The notes beneath the pieces were generated by a model. The model was not told the DNA's origin and ran no database searches. It saw only the letters and a program-made list of their open reading frames with translations. This document shows positions 47,802 through 56,628 of a DNA stretch of 64,000 nt, piece after piece (the first letter of the stretch is position 1; each line of letters opens with the position of its first letter). The DNA lies in IMG/VR virus record IMGVR_UViG_3300034358_000008, positions 260,913-324,912 of that record; one strand, 5' to 3'. Both the position numbers and the translations under genes were made by a program.

Positions 47802-47818
47802 CTGTACAGTATAAAACG

Positions 47819-47848
47819 GAGTCCCTTCGGGGACTCTTTTTATTTTTG
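47819..47848 (+). terminator. Intrinsic terminator
   Basis: GAGTCCC-TTCG-GGGACTC-TTTTT. Confidence 0.85.
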
Positions 47849-47860
47849 TCTGAGGCTATT

Positions 47861-48472
47861 ATGCATTTTTACGTATTCACCGACGGTAAGCCGTTAGAAG
47901 TCCATAAGTTCCCGAATATCACTCCTGGATCAGAACAGTTTGAAGTCTGGACACCACCCGTACGGGAGAAACCTTACTTGTGGGAAGGGGAACACTTCTA
48001 CGGAATCATGTTCCTAGTCGATAAAGCTCAAGGGTCTGATAAACCTTCAGCTCAGCGTAAGATGCTGAAGATGGTATTGGATCTTGCATTCAATAAACCT
48101 GAAGATAACTACCCAAGAATGGTACGTGATCTGATCCCACTCTTCCCTGACTACTTTATTGTTATTACTGATCGCGGCATTCGAAGTCGACACTCAGTAA
48201 TACTGTCAGGCTGTGGACTAAAGAGGGATTCCGTTCTAACTGTACAATCTCAGGCTGTGGCAACTCAATGCTTCATGAACATCGTTCACAAGAACCTGAC
48301 CAAGAAAGATCTGACTACACAAGAGGCGTTCCAAAATGCATTCAACACCGGGATCTTCGACGAAAGCGAATACTACTATGCTCAAGTACCTAAGTGGTAT
48401 ACCTTCGCGCAAGAACATTACGGACCGTCAGACGATGCAACAGTTACACGAGCTAGGCTCGAGTTTGACTAA
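47861..48472 (+). CDS. Hypothetical protein
   Basis: GAGG RBS before ATG 47861. Confidence 0.7.
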   Translation: MHFYVFTDGKPLEVHKFPNITPGSEQFEVWTPPVREKPYLWEGEHFYGIMFLVDKAQGSDKPSAQRKMLKMVLDLAFNKPEDNYPRMVRDLIPLFPDYFIVITDRGIRSRHSVILSGCGLKRDSVLTVQSQAVATQCFMNIVHKNLTKKDLTTQEAFQNAFNTGIFDESEYYYAQVPKWYTFAQEHYGPSDDATVTRARLEFD

Positions 48473-49391
48473 CTACGATCTGATGTATCACATCTTCAAA
48501 GAACCTGTTATCGCCGATGTGCTCTATGATTTAATGAAACGTGATTACGAAAGGATGTGCAGAGAATACCCTGGGGTAGCTAACTCCATTCCTAGGGCGC
48601 GAAGTATTAGAGATCAGATGTTAACTAACGGTAAAAGCACCAAGCATGATTTCCCAATGTTACCACTGCGGGAAGTCCATGATGTATCTGGTGTGAAACG
48701 TTGGTTTGAAATGTTTGATGCAAAAGACATCGTGGTTGAACCCTCACTAGTAGGTGTTGAAGTTGAGTTGGTATATGTAGGTGGCACACTGCATAAAGCT
48801 GTTAACCGTGGAGACAGTCTAGAAGGTCTAGACATTACCATGAACATGTACCTCGTTAACGGTGTCCCGCAACAGATCCCTGAAACCGAACGTGTGAATA
48901 TCCATGGTAAGGTAGTCATCTCACGAATGGACCATATGGAAACTATGGGTTGGGAACATTGTTCTCCTCAGATGGTGGTGGCACACCATTTGATGAATCA
49001 ACCCGCCCATGGCACTACCGCGGTAAGACCCGAGTGTTTAGAGTTCATTCCTCACACCGTCAACATCCCAGGGTGTACGTTTGATCTGATGGAATTGAGA
49101 ATGGTTCTGATGGCATGGGACTTTGCGCTTACTCCAACAATCGTATTAAACGGTAAGTGCCGTGAAGTAGGTTCCATCGAAGAATACATAGAAGCCTTTG
49201 AAGAGATACACATCAAAGACTACATCTATCCGATTGAGGGTCTAACTTTCCGAGTGAATGAAACACAACGTCGTTTGGAATTAGGTTACACATCTCGATA
49301 CCCCGAGTGGGCATTCAAATACATCAAAGGGAAATCCAATGAAGGATCTAGCACCAGCGGTAGTACAGGCACTGAGAGTGGGTTACGCTGA
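48465..49391 (+). CDS. Degenerate NAD-dependent DNA ligase Ia + adenylation-domain paralogue (catalytic Lys absent)
   Basis: Colinear with the LigA N-terminal half, but KLDG is replaced by SLVG and there is no OB/HhH/BRCT. Start is uncertain (TTG 48465 or ATG 48483). Confidence 0.8.
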   Translation: MTNYDLMYHIFKEPVIADVLYDLMKRDYERMCREYPGVANSIPRARSIRDQMLTNGKSTKHDFPMLPLREVHDVSGVKRWFEMFDAKDIVVEPSLVGVEVELVYVGGTLHKAVNRGDSLEGLDITMNMYLVNGVPQQIPETERVNIHGKVVISRMDHMETMGWEHCSPQMVVAHHLMNQPAHGTTAVRPECLEFIPHTVNIPGCTFDLMELRMVLMAWDFALTPTIVLNGKCREVGSIEEYIEAFEEIHIKDYIYPIEGLTFRVNETQRRLELGYTSRYPEWAFKYIKGKSNEGSSTSGSTGTESGLR

Positions 49392-51462
49392 AGCCTGCTC
49401 AGAACTGAACGAGTTGAACTACCAGTATCACGTTAACGACGTTTCGGTTATCCCTGATCCAGAATACGATCTGAAGTTCCGTCAGTTAGTTGATATAGAA
49501 AAGCAATACCCATGGTTAATCGTTCCAGCTTCTCCAACTCAAACCGTTGGTCACGCTATTACGTCGGGCCACTTCCAACCATTGAAGCATCGGTTGTCGA
49601 TGTTGAGTCTGGGTAACACGTTCACTGCTTATGAAGCTGTGGATTGGAGTATTGACATTTCTGGTGATCCTGAAACCCAAGGACTAGAAGTTCGAGGTGA
49701 ATGGAAATTAGATGGCTTGAGTCTGAGTCTGGTTTACCGTAAAGGTCGACTGCTATATGCCGTTACTCGTGGTGATGGTGAGACAGGTGAGAACGTAACG
49801 ATCAATGCCTTGCAAATCCAAGGTATCCCTAAGGTACTCAAACATTGGACCTCGGTGTACACTTCGATCCGTGGTGAAGTCGTTGTTAATCTAGCCGACT
49901 ACAATGCTATTAATGACGCTTTGCTTGAAGCGGGTAAGAAACCATTCGCTAACCCACGTAACTATGCCGCTGGTAGTTTGCGTCAGAAAGACCCAGCTAT
50001 TACAGCTGAGCGTAAATTGATATTTGTGGGTTACTCGATAGATCATGAAGATGATGATACTGACCGTGATTGGTATAATGATCAGGAAACTCTAATCAAG
50101 AATGGTTTTGAGACAGCAGCTATTCCAGATAAGTTGAATCATAGCCTCGAGGGTATTATTCAAGGGTGGCCAGAGTTCATTGAGAAGATGCAAACGTTGC
50201 GTAGTGCCCAGCCCTATGAAGTCGATGGTATCGTCTTTAAAGTGGTTAAGCATGCTCACCGTAAATTCCTCGGTATGACTTCTCGTGCACCTAAGTGGGC
50301 AACGGCATTTAAGTTCCCTGCCTCTGAAGGCGTAACGCCCCTTAAAGATGTCGAGTACCAAGTTGGTCGTACTGGTCGACTGACCCCAGTTGCACGTGTA
50401 GAACCCGTTCACGTTCATGGCACCATGATTTCTAACGTGTCATTGCATAACCGCAACGAGGTTGCTCGTCTCCAGCTCTATAAAGGCTGTAGCGTACAAA
50501 TCAAACGAGCAGGGGATGTCATCCCTTACGTAATGGGTACGACTGTCGCACACACTGATCAAGAGCTTTATGAACCGTTGACACATTGTCCAGTCTGTAA
50601 CACTAAGACTTCTATTGTCCTCAGTAAGGATGGTAAAGAAACTGACAATTGCGATAATCGAGACTGCTATGGTCGCCAGATTGCACATCTTGAATATTGC
50701 ATGGATCGTGATGTCTTCAACATTAAAGGACTGGGGCCAGCTGTTATTAAGCTGCTCCATCAAGTTGGGCATATCACTGCGTATCAACCAGTAAAGATCT
50801 TTGATGTAACATTCATGCAACTAATCGGCGTTGGGTTGTCTGAGCTGGAAGCAGAGAAACTGTTGCGTGCAATTGCAGTCGCTGCCGGCGATCTGGATAT
50901 GACTCGGATGGTAAGGTCTTTTGGTATTGATGGTATTGCTAAGAACTCCTCTGAGAAACTAGCCATCCACTTCATGAACCTTGAGGCACTATCTACTGCA
51001 ACAGTAGATGATCTGATACATGTAGAAGACATCGGTAAGATTGGTGCTGCTTCTATCTTCGAATACTTTGATGAGGATCGTTCTAAACCCATCGAAGAGT
51101 CTAGCTACCGAAACTTCCGTATCTGCGATCGTCTGACGGGTCCTATGCGTATTGGACAAGGTCTGATGAGTGGGGCTACCATCGTTGTAACGGGTAGTAA
51201 GTTCTCAGGTCGTACCCGCAAGGAAATTGAAGAAGCTTATAAACGTTTGGGAGCTAAGATCACCAGCAGCGTAACAGCTAAAACTTCTATGGTTGTTTGT
51301 GGTACCAAATATACAGATCACAAGTTAGCCAAGGCTAAAGAGCTTGGTATTGCATGGCTTATTCATGATGCAGATAAAATCATCGAACGGCATGGTCCAG
51401 ATGAAATTACATTCTTAAACATTGAGGTTACACCTGATGGAAATATTAAAGGATTGGTATAA
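49339..51462 (+). CDS. ligA: NAD-dependent DNA ligase
   Basis: EWKLDG, TRGDG, RGEV, NPRN.AAGSLRQ, DGIVFK, VGRTG, Zn finger, HhH and BRCT. Confidence 0.96.
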   Translation: MKDLAPAVVQALRVGYAEACSELNELNYQYHVNDVSVIPDPEYDLKFRQLVDIEKQYPWLIVPASPTQTVGHAITSGHFQPLKHRLSMLSLGNTFTAYEAVDWSIDISGDPETQGLEVRGEWKLDGLSLSLVYRKGRLLYAVTRGDGETGENVTINALQIQGIPKVLKHWTSVYTSIRGEVVVNLADYNAINDALLEAGKKPFANPRNYAAGSLRQKDPAITAERKLIFVGYSIDHEDDDTDRDWYNDQETLIKNGFETAAIPDKLNHSLEGIIQGWPEFIEKMQTLRSAQPYEVDGIVFKVVKHAHRKFLGMTSRAPKWATAFKFPASEGVTPLKDVEYQVGRTGRLTPVARVEPVHVHGTMISNVSLHNRNEVARLQLYKGCSVQIKRAGDVIPYVMGTTVAHTDQELYEPLTHCPVCNTKTSIVLSKDGKETDNCDNRDCYGRQIAHLEYCMDRDVFNIKGLGPAVIKLLHQVGHITAYQPVKIFDVTFMQLIGVGLSELEAEKLLRAIAVAAGDLDMTRMVRSFGIDGIAKNSSEKLAIHFMNLEALSTATVDDLIHVEDIGKIGAASIFEYFDEDRSKPIEESSYRNFRICDRLTGPMRIGQGLMSGATIVVTGSKFSGRTRKEIEEAYKRLGAKITSSVTAKTSMVVCGTKYTDHKLAKAKELGIAWLIHDADKIIERHGPDEITFLNIEVTPDGNIKGLV

Positions 51463-52522
51463 GCGTTGCTTCGGTAAGATGGAAGGTCTCGAACTGATTG
51501 CTGCCCGCCTACGTAATGGCGCTCCTTACGTTAAAGCATACGACGGACAAGACAATGGCCTTGTGTACTTCAAAGGTACCGGTGAGCACGTCAGTGGTTG
51601 GGGACAAGAGAAGCGATACGACGTTCATTTCCAAGTATTGAATCATGTCAAAGGTTACGGTGAGATCCTCACTGATTGGCACCCAGTGCACAAGTCGATG
51701 TACTTGCGCGCTAACTTGGAAGATCTGAAGGATTCTTACCTCATTGGGTTACAAGACCAAGAAGGTGAGAATGATCCCGAAGAAGTAATTGCATGGTTAC
51801 GTAAGATCGCCAGTCGACTGAAACCACACCAAGCTTATACGCTGAACATGATGACCATCACCCATGAGTTATTCTCAGGTGATCGCATCCGTATGTTTGG
51901 TGGTGGCCGTGAAGTCTTGATCCCGCGTGAGTACATGGGTAATCGTCGTCTGGTTACTGAAGCTGAGTTGGGTACAACCTTTAACGGTAATAAGGTTAGG
52001 GTCGCTAACGAAGAGAAGATCAAACGGGAACATCGCCTGAACACCGATCCTAAACGTTGGTTCGTGCTAACTAAAGTTGACTCGGTAACTGATAAACATG
52101 CGATTCGCTTCACGCACCGTAAAACTGCCAATGCTCCGGTCTTTTATTACGCATTGGAAATCATTGCCGACTCTAAAGCAATGGTTGGTCATCCGTTCTA
52201 CGTTAAAGAACTATTGTGCAGTGCAGTGGACAGTCTATCCAAAGACCATTCGAGTGGGGATTATCAGCTGGAGATCACTACTTCAGCGATTGATTTTACC
52301 TGGGACAATAAAACTGTGTCGATTGACGTTTATCGGGATAATCAGTCTAAGTATCCAGCTAGCGTTGATAAACAACCTGTACTAATTTATCCAGAATTGA
52401 TGGTGGTGGGCTATGTTTATTATGGGTCAGGGGATGCGGGATGGAACATCCGCGAGCGTGCCGAAGTCGAAGCGGAAAGAGCGGCTCTTGAAAAAGGCAG
52501 CAACGGACGAAAGAAATCTTGA
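51437..52522 (+). CDS. Hypothetical protein
   Basis: ~360-aa ORF with GAGG RBS. Confidence 0.75.
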   Translation: MEILKDWYKRCFGKMEGLELIAARLRNGAPYVKAYDGQDNGLVYFKGTGEHVSGWGQEKRYDVHFQVLNHVKGYGEILTDWHPVHKSMYLRANLEDLKDSYLIGLQDQEGENDPEEVIAWLRKIASRLKPHQAYTLNMMTITHELFSGDRIRMFGGGREVLIPREYMGNRRLVTEAELGTTFNGNKVRVANEEKIKREHRLNTDPKRWFVLTKVDSVTDKHAIRFTHRKTANAPVFYYALEIIADSKAMVGHPFYVKELLCSAVDSLSKDHSSGDYQLEITTSAIDFTWDNKTVSIDVYRDNQSKYPASVDKQPVLIYPELMVVGYVYYGSGDAGWNIRERAEVEAERAALEKGSNGRKKS

Positions 52523-52529
52523 TGTTTAC

Positions 52530-52733
52530 ATGCTCTGGTGGCATGACTTCCGAATGTACCTGATGGAAGGTATTAGTGATGGCAGTTCACTGAGCGTACT
52601 ACGTAGACAGTTCAAAGAACGATACACCAAAGGTAGTCGACGTAAGTCCAATCGTTGGTTTACGGCTACTCGAATGAATCGGGATTTCAAAGCTTGTATG
52701 GGCATGGCGTGGGGACGTGAAGGGTTACGTTAA
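52530..52733 (+). CDS. Hypothetical protein (start uncertain)
   Basis: Fills the gap between genes. Confidence 0.45.
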   Translation: MLWWHDFRMYLMEGISDGSSLSVLRRQFKERYTKGSRRKSNRWFTATRMNRDFKACMGMAWGREGLR

Positions 52734-52741
52734 CCAATCCT

Positions 52742-53164
52742 GTGAATAACTCACAGGTACGGACTATGGCCTTCAATATCGTTACGTCTGTTATTGAACT
52801 ACCTTATCGGTTCAATCACAGTTACTTTGAACATGGTAATGATCTTCGCAAGCAAGGTGATCCTGAGATTGGGTTCTCAGATGCCGACATTCTGGAGATC
52901 ACTAACTTCTCTAAAGGTGGGGATCGCAGAGAGATCAGATTTCATAAGGAAAGGTTGTACCCTAAGCCCGATGAGATCGTCTTTACGATTTACGACGCTG
53001 AGGAAACCTTAATCATTTCTGAACTCCACGTGATCCTTAGCGAGAAGCGAAGTTACTGGCGAAAGAACCGACCGGGCAAAGTTTATGCAGACATGTCAGT
53101 TAGGCTTAAAATAATACAAGATCCTAACTGCACCACTTACATCTGGACAGGACACTACTCATGA
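52742..53164 (+). CDS. Hypothetical protein
   Basis: Operon member. Confidence 0.65.
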   Translation: MNNSQVRTMAFNIVTSVIELPYRFNHSYFEHGNDLRKQGDPEIGFSDADILEITNFSKGGDRREIRFHKERLYPKPDEIVFTIYDAEETLIISELHVILSEKRSYWRKNRPGKVYADMSVRLKIIQDPNCTTYIWTGHYS

Positions 53165-53589
53165 CAGCATCAACTGTTGTTTCTATTCCTTTATACCCTG
53201 GCGTTAAAGGGGACCTCTTCGAATCCCCGTGGACGAAGGATGGTACGCAGGTAACTGGTAAAGTACATTGGGTAGTGCCACTGGAGATCCAGTTCCCTGA
53301 TGGTTGGGCGATCTTTAATACAAGTGTCGTTCCAGCCCTACAAGCTTACCGGGATACATTCGAGTTTGAGATCTATGACAAGTATCAACTCGCTAAACCC
53401 AAGTACATGGGTAAAGTGAAAATCAACGCAGTAGACGATACTTATGAAGTTCAACTCGAACCGCGCTTTCACTGTTATCGCTTGACGATGATGCTGACAG
53501 TATTTCATACACCACAGGAACCAAACGAAACCAATGCGTATCGTGTTGGCGTACCTTATGGTGACTGGCGTTATAAGGACGTCATTTAA
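53161..53589 (+). CDS. Hypothetical protein
   Basis: ATGA coupling. Confidence 0.7.
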   Translation: MTASTVVSIPLYPGVKGDLFESPWTKDGTQVTGKVHWVVPLEIQFPDGWAIFNTSVVPALQAYRDTFEFEIYDKYQLAKPKYMGKVKINAVDDTYEVQLEPRFHCYRLTMMLTVFHTPQEPNETNAYRVGVPYGDWRYKDVI

Positions 53590-53861
53590 TGAATGATCTT
53601 TGGCAACTACTTACGAAAGTATTTGGTCGGGGTAAAGTCCCAATGAAAGAAAAGAAAACCTCCAAGAAAGATCGGTTGTCAGAGTTGGAACAAATGGTAT
53701 CGTCTCAAGCCGAGAACATTAAAAACCTAACAAAAGAACTTTCTGAACTTAAGCGTAATCCATTGAAGCTTATTGCTGAAGATGCTTACGGTATTGCCAC
53801 ACGACTGGGTATCTTTGAAGGCACACGTGACGAGTTCATTGAAGCGCTCAAATCTGAATAA
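53589..53861 (+). CDS. Coiled-coil protein with AY.IA...G.F.GT..EFI..LK motif
   Basis: Heptad coil followed by a SAYE-like motif seen in phage fibre proteins. Confidence 0.7.
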   Translation: MNDLWQLLTKVFGRGKVPMKEKKTSKKDRLSELEQMVSSQAENIKNLTKELSELKRNPLKLIAEDAYGIATRLGIFEGTRDEFIEALKSE

Positions 53862-53871
53862 GGAATAAAAC

Positions 53872-54738
53872 ATGTCAGTAGCAGTTGTATCACATGCGGC
53901 ATTGAGGAACCACGCTTTGATGCTTGGCTTCCCACTCCAAACCAAAGTAAAATGTGAGTCTGGTCTGAATGGTTACCAGCTCTGGGATAAGTGGATTCGC
54001 GAGAACGTGTTCTGGGTTATTGAAACTGCATTCAATCCAGATGCCCACGTGAAGATCACCGAGTCGGCTCAACTGGTTGGTGAACTGAAAGATCCATGGG
54101 AACTGCGTTGTCAGAAATTCCTTGAAGGGGATGAGAACTATAACACCTTCCGTTCTCTTAATGCTGATGGTGAAGAGTTCCAAACTCATGTTAACCGTCA
54201 AGCTATCCAAGTAGCTGTGTCGAACGCCATGTTTAAATACAAGGTAGACTTCGAGACTGAAGAGTCAGGTACGGTGGTTACCCATAACGCTCTGACAGTA
54301 GCTATCTTTAATGCTGCGGAAGATACTAGTCTTTCGTACACCAGCGATATTGAGGTAGCCCAACTTTGGACCACTCGTGTACTGGAACGTTACGTAGGTG
54401 CCACCGTTGTACCGATCCTTGAGAAACGTGCTTACGCAGATGATCCAAAGATCGAAGAATCCTATCCGTGGATTGAAATTGGTGAGCTGAGTTTGGTGGA
54501 ATACAAAGAGTGGAAAGAACACAACATCAAACCCGAAGTAGTTCTGGATGATACCCCTTTGGACATCCGTGCTATCGATGAACGGGAGTCGTTCACTTCG
54601 ATCAGTAAACCCGCTAATATTTCCACCATTCTTCGGGGTATCACTCAGTCTGAATCACATGAGAGTACTTACCGTACCGTAGTTGTAGACTACCCAGAGG
54701 CAGATAGTTCCAGCGTATCAGGTGACGTAAGTGATTAA
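53872..54738 (+). CDS. Hypothetical protein
   Basis: AAGGA RBS, 288 aa. Confidence 0.75.
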   Translation: MSVAVVSHAALRNHALMLGFPLQTKVKCESGLNGYQLWDKWIRENVFWVIETAFNPDAHVKITESAQLVGELKDPWELRCQKFLEGDENYNTFRSLNADGEEFQTHVNRQAIQVAVSNAMFKYKVDFETEESGTVVTHNALTVAIFNAAEDTSLSYTSDIEVAQLWTTRVLERYVGATVVPILEKRAYADDPKIEESYPWIEIGELSLVEYKEWKEHNIKPEVVLDDTPLDIRAIDERESFTSISKPANISTILRGITQSESHESTYRTVVVDYPEADSSSVSGDVSD

Positions 54739-54913
54739 GATCCTGATCATGGTTGCAATGGTGGTGGTAGGGTTGATTGGGATAGCGAAAACCGTTACTC
54801 GACGTTGTTATCCAGGTGACAACATTGAACTGATGGCATTCATCTTTGTGGTCAGCTTTGTTCTGGCTATGTCAGGTGCGGTGTGTCTAGGGGTGGCCTT
54901 CGCTTCCTATTAA
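54731..54913 (+). CDS. Small 2-TM membrane protein
   Basis: Two hydrophobic segments. Confidence 0.65.
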   Translation: MIKILIMVAMVVVGLIGIAKTVTRRCYPGDNIELMAFIFVVSFVLAMSGAVCLGVAFASY

Positions 54914-54960
54914 CACTGTCTGAGTACCTTATCCTCTGAATCAAACAACTAAGGTCCAAC

Positions 54961-55329
54961 GTGATGCAATGTTTAACACACGTACTGCGTCTTGGGTTGC
55001 TGGTGGGAGTCTTAATGATCCCATCGATGGCACATGGCGAGCAAGTGGTGATTGACGAGCTTTATTGTGACAGTGCGGCCTTGATGGCTAAGGCTGGAGC
55101 AGAAGCAAAGCAGCGTGGTGAAAGTCTCCCTAAGTGGAAACAGAACCTACAAGCCATGAAAGGTTACGGCGTGCGCAACAAAGATAACGTTCTTTACCGC
55201 GTTCTGCCCAGAGTAATAGAAGAAGCACCACAGGTGTACCAATGGCGTAAAACCCCAATAGACACTTACGTGCAGTCCTATAATACTTGCATGCAAAACG
55301 ACTATGGCAACTTAGTCTCATTGAAGTGA
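54961..55329 (+). CDS. Secreted/periplasmic helical protein
   Basis: Signal peptide ending AHG; Cys pair in the mature region. Confidence 0.7.
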   Translation: MMQCLTHVLRLGLLVGVLMIPSMAHGEQVVIDELYCDSAALMAKAGAEAKQRGESLPKWKQNLQAMKGYGVRNKDNVLYRVLPRVIEEAPQVYQWRKTPIDTYVQSYNTCMQNDYGNLVSLK

Positions 55330-55337
55330 GGTTGGTA

Positions 55338-55505
55338 ATGTCACTAGTTATGATCGTCGTGGGGATGGCTCTCGTTTCACTGGCCACCTTTATTGATACA
55401 GCTCCGGGTAACCGATCCAATATCGGTAATGCCCTTAACGTACTCATGTATTTAATGGGTATTGGAGTTGCTTTGCTAGGCTTCCTAAAGATGCTTGGTG
55501 TATAA
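55338..55505 (+). CDS. Small 2-TM membrane protein
   Basis: GAGG RBS; two hydrophobic segments. Confidence 0.6.
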   Translation: MSLVMIVVGMALVSLATFIDTAPGNRSNIGNALNVLMYLMGIGVALLGFLKMLGV

Positions 55506-55508
55506 ATA

Positions 55509-55535
55509 GGGCTCTCCTTCGGGAGGGCCTTTATT
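55509..55535 (+). terminator. Intrinsic terminator
   Basis: GGCTCTCC-TTCG-GGAGGGCC-TTTATT. Confidence 0.75.
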
Positions 55536-55557
55536 CCGTCTCGGAGATTTATGAATC

Positions 55558-55746
55558 ATGATGTTTGCTATCGTAGGGTTTATACTCCTGATGTTAGGAC
55601 ACGCAATAGATGTCAGTCAACGATTGGTTCATCCGTTATGGGAATGGGTCTCCGTTGTCATTTCCATCACTGGGATACTATCGCTCGTTGCAACCGCCTT
55701 TACAGCCTCGGGTGTAATGTGTAGTTACGGACAATGGTTCTTTTAA
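55558..55746 (+). CDS. Small 2-TM membrane protein
   Basis: Hydrophobic pattern. Confidence 0.6.
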   Translation: MMFAIVGFILLMLGHAIDVSQRLVHPLWEWVSVVISITGILSLVATAFTASGVMCSYGQWFF

Positions 55747-55762
55747 AGTAATTGGAGGTTTT

Positions 55763-55954
55763 ATGTTTGTCGGTATGCTTATCATCGGTTTGATTCTTAT
55801 CGTAGTCGCAGAGACAGCTGATAAGAAAGTTTACAGTTACAAGAGTGAAGTCAGTAGTCCTAAACTCGAAGTGCTCTACGGGATCGTATTGCTTATCGGT
55901 GTGGTCTTAGCCTTGATAGGTGCACTTAATTGCTCCGTCGGTAATTGGAGGTAG
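55763..55954 (+). CDS. Small 2-TM membrane protein
   Basis: GGAGG RBS. Confidence 0.65.
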   Translation: MFVGMLIIGLILIVVAETADKKVYSYKSEVSSPKLEVLYGIVLLIGVVLALIGALNCSVGNWR

Positions 55955-55955
55955 T

Positions 55956-56138
55956 ATGGCACCCGGTGGATTAATTTTGATAGGCACAGCAATCGCAGTG
56001 GGTGTGTTGTTTACACCTTACAAATGGTTCCTACGCGATAATGGTTGGTCTCGAGTAGACAAAGGTCAAATGATCGGGGTAGCCATTATCTTTGTGGGTG
56101 TGATCTGGAGTGTAGTAGATGCGTTATGGATTCCCTAG
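55956..56138 (+). CDS. Small 2-TM membrane protein
   Basis: GGAGG RBS. Confidence 0.65.
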   Translation: MAPGGLILIGTAIAVGVLFTPYKWFLRDNGWSRVDKGQMIGVAIIFVGVIWSVVDALWIP

Positions 56139-56397
56139 TTCACCATGGGCACATCCTCATGGTTGCCCCAAGTACTTCTGGAACGAACGTTGCTTAAAGG
56201 CTCCGAAACCATACTTGATAGACAACATGTATGCGATGGACCCTCGACGTAGAGTTCGTCCAGGTTTATTACCTGTACCCCAAGGATTCATGTCAATCCC
56301 TGATTCCAGTCTGTTAGTTCAGATGTTACGCCAATTGATGTCTAACGTCCCCAACACAAACGACGCAGTAAAACAACTTCTGGAGAACCATCAATGA
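56119..56397 (+). CDS. Hypothetical Pro-rich protein
   Basis: GGAG RBS. Confidence 0.55.
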   Translation: MRYGFPSSPWAHPHGCPKYFWNERCLKAPKPYLIDNMYAMDPRRRVRPGLLPVPQGFMSIPDSSLLVQMLRQLMSNVPNTNDAVKQLLENHQ

Positions 56398-56597
56398 CAC
56401 ACCTCCTTTTTGCACTGATCCTGATTTTCGCCCTCGGCGGCGCATCCATTGAAATGTTCTTCAACCATAAGAAGAAACTTGCTCAAGATACTGCTCAATG
56501 GGAACGTTACAACAAGTATGCTCTCTGGGGTAAGATCGTAGGTATCCTGTTTGCATTGGCTACAGGTTTCATCGGAAGCCAGCTGTACATTAAGTAA
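56394..56597 (+). CDS. Small 2-TM membrane protein
   Basis: GGAG RBS; two hydrophobic segments. Confidence 0.7.
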   Translation: MTHLLFALILIFALGGASIEMFFNHKKKLAQDTAQWERYNKYALWGKIVGILFALATGFIGSQLYIK

Positions 56598-56628
56598 ACA
56601 ATCTCTTTCCAACCGTGTGAGGTTTTAA

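Noticed and set aside
47175-47814. TACTGT motifs as LexA SOS boxes
   Set aside because: The CTGT-N8-ACAG spacing is not satisfied
48336-49391. Split or frameshifted ligase, or pseudogene
   Set aside because: The downstream ligA is complete by itself and the upstream ORF duplicates its N-terminal half without stops, so it is treated as a paralogue
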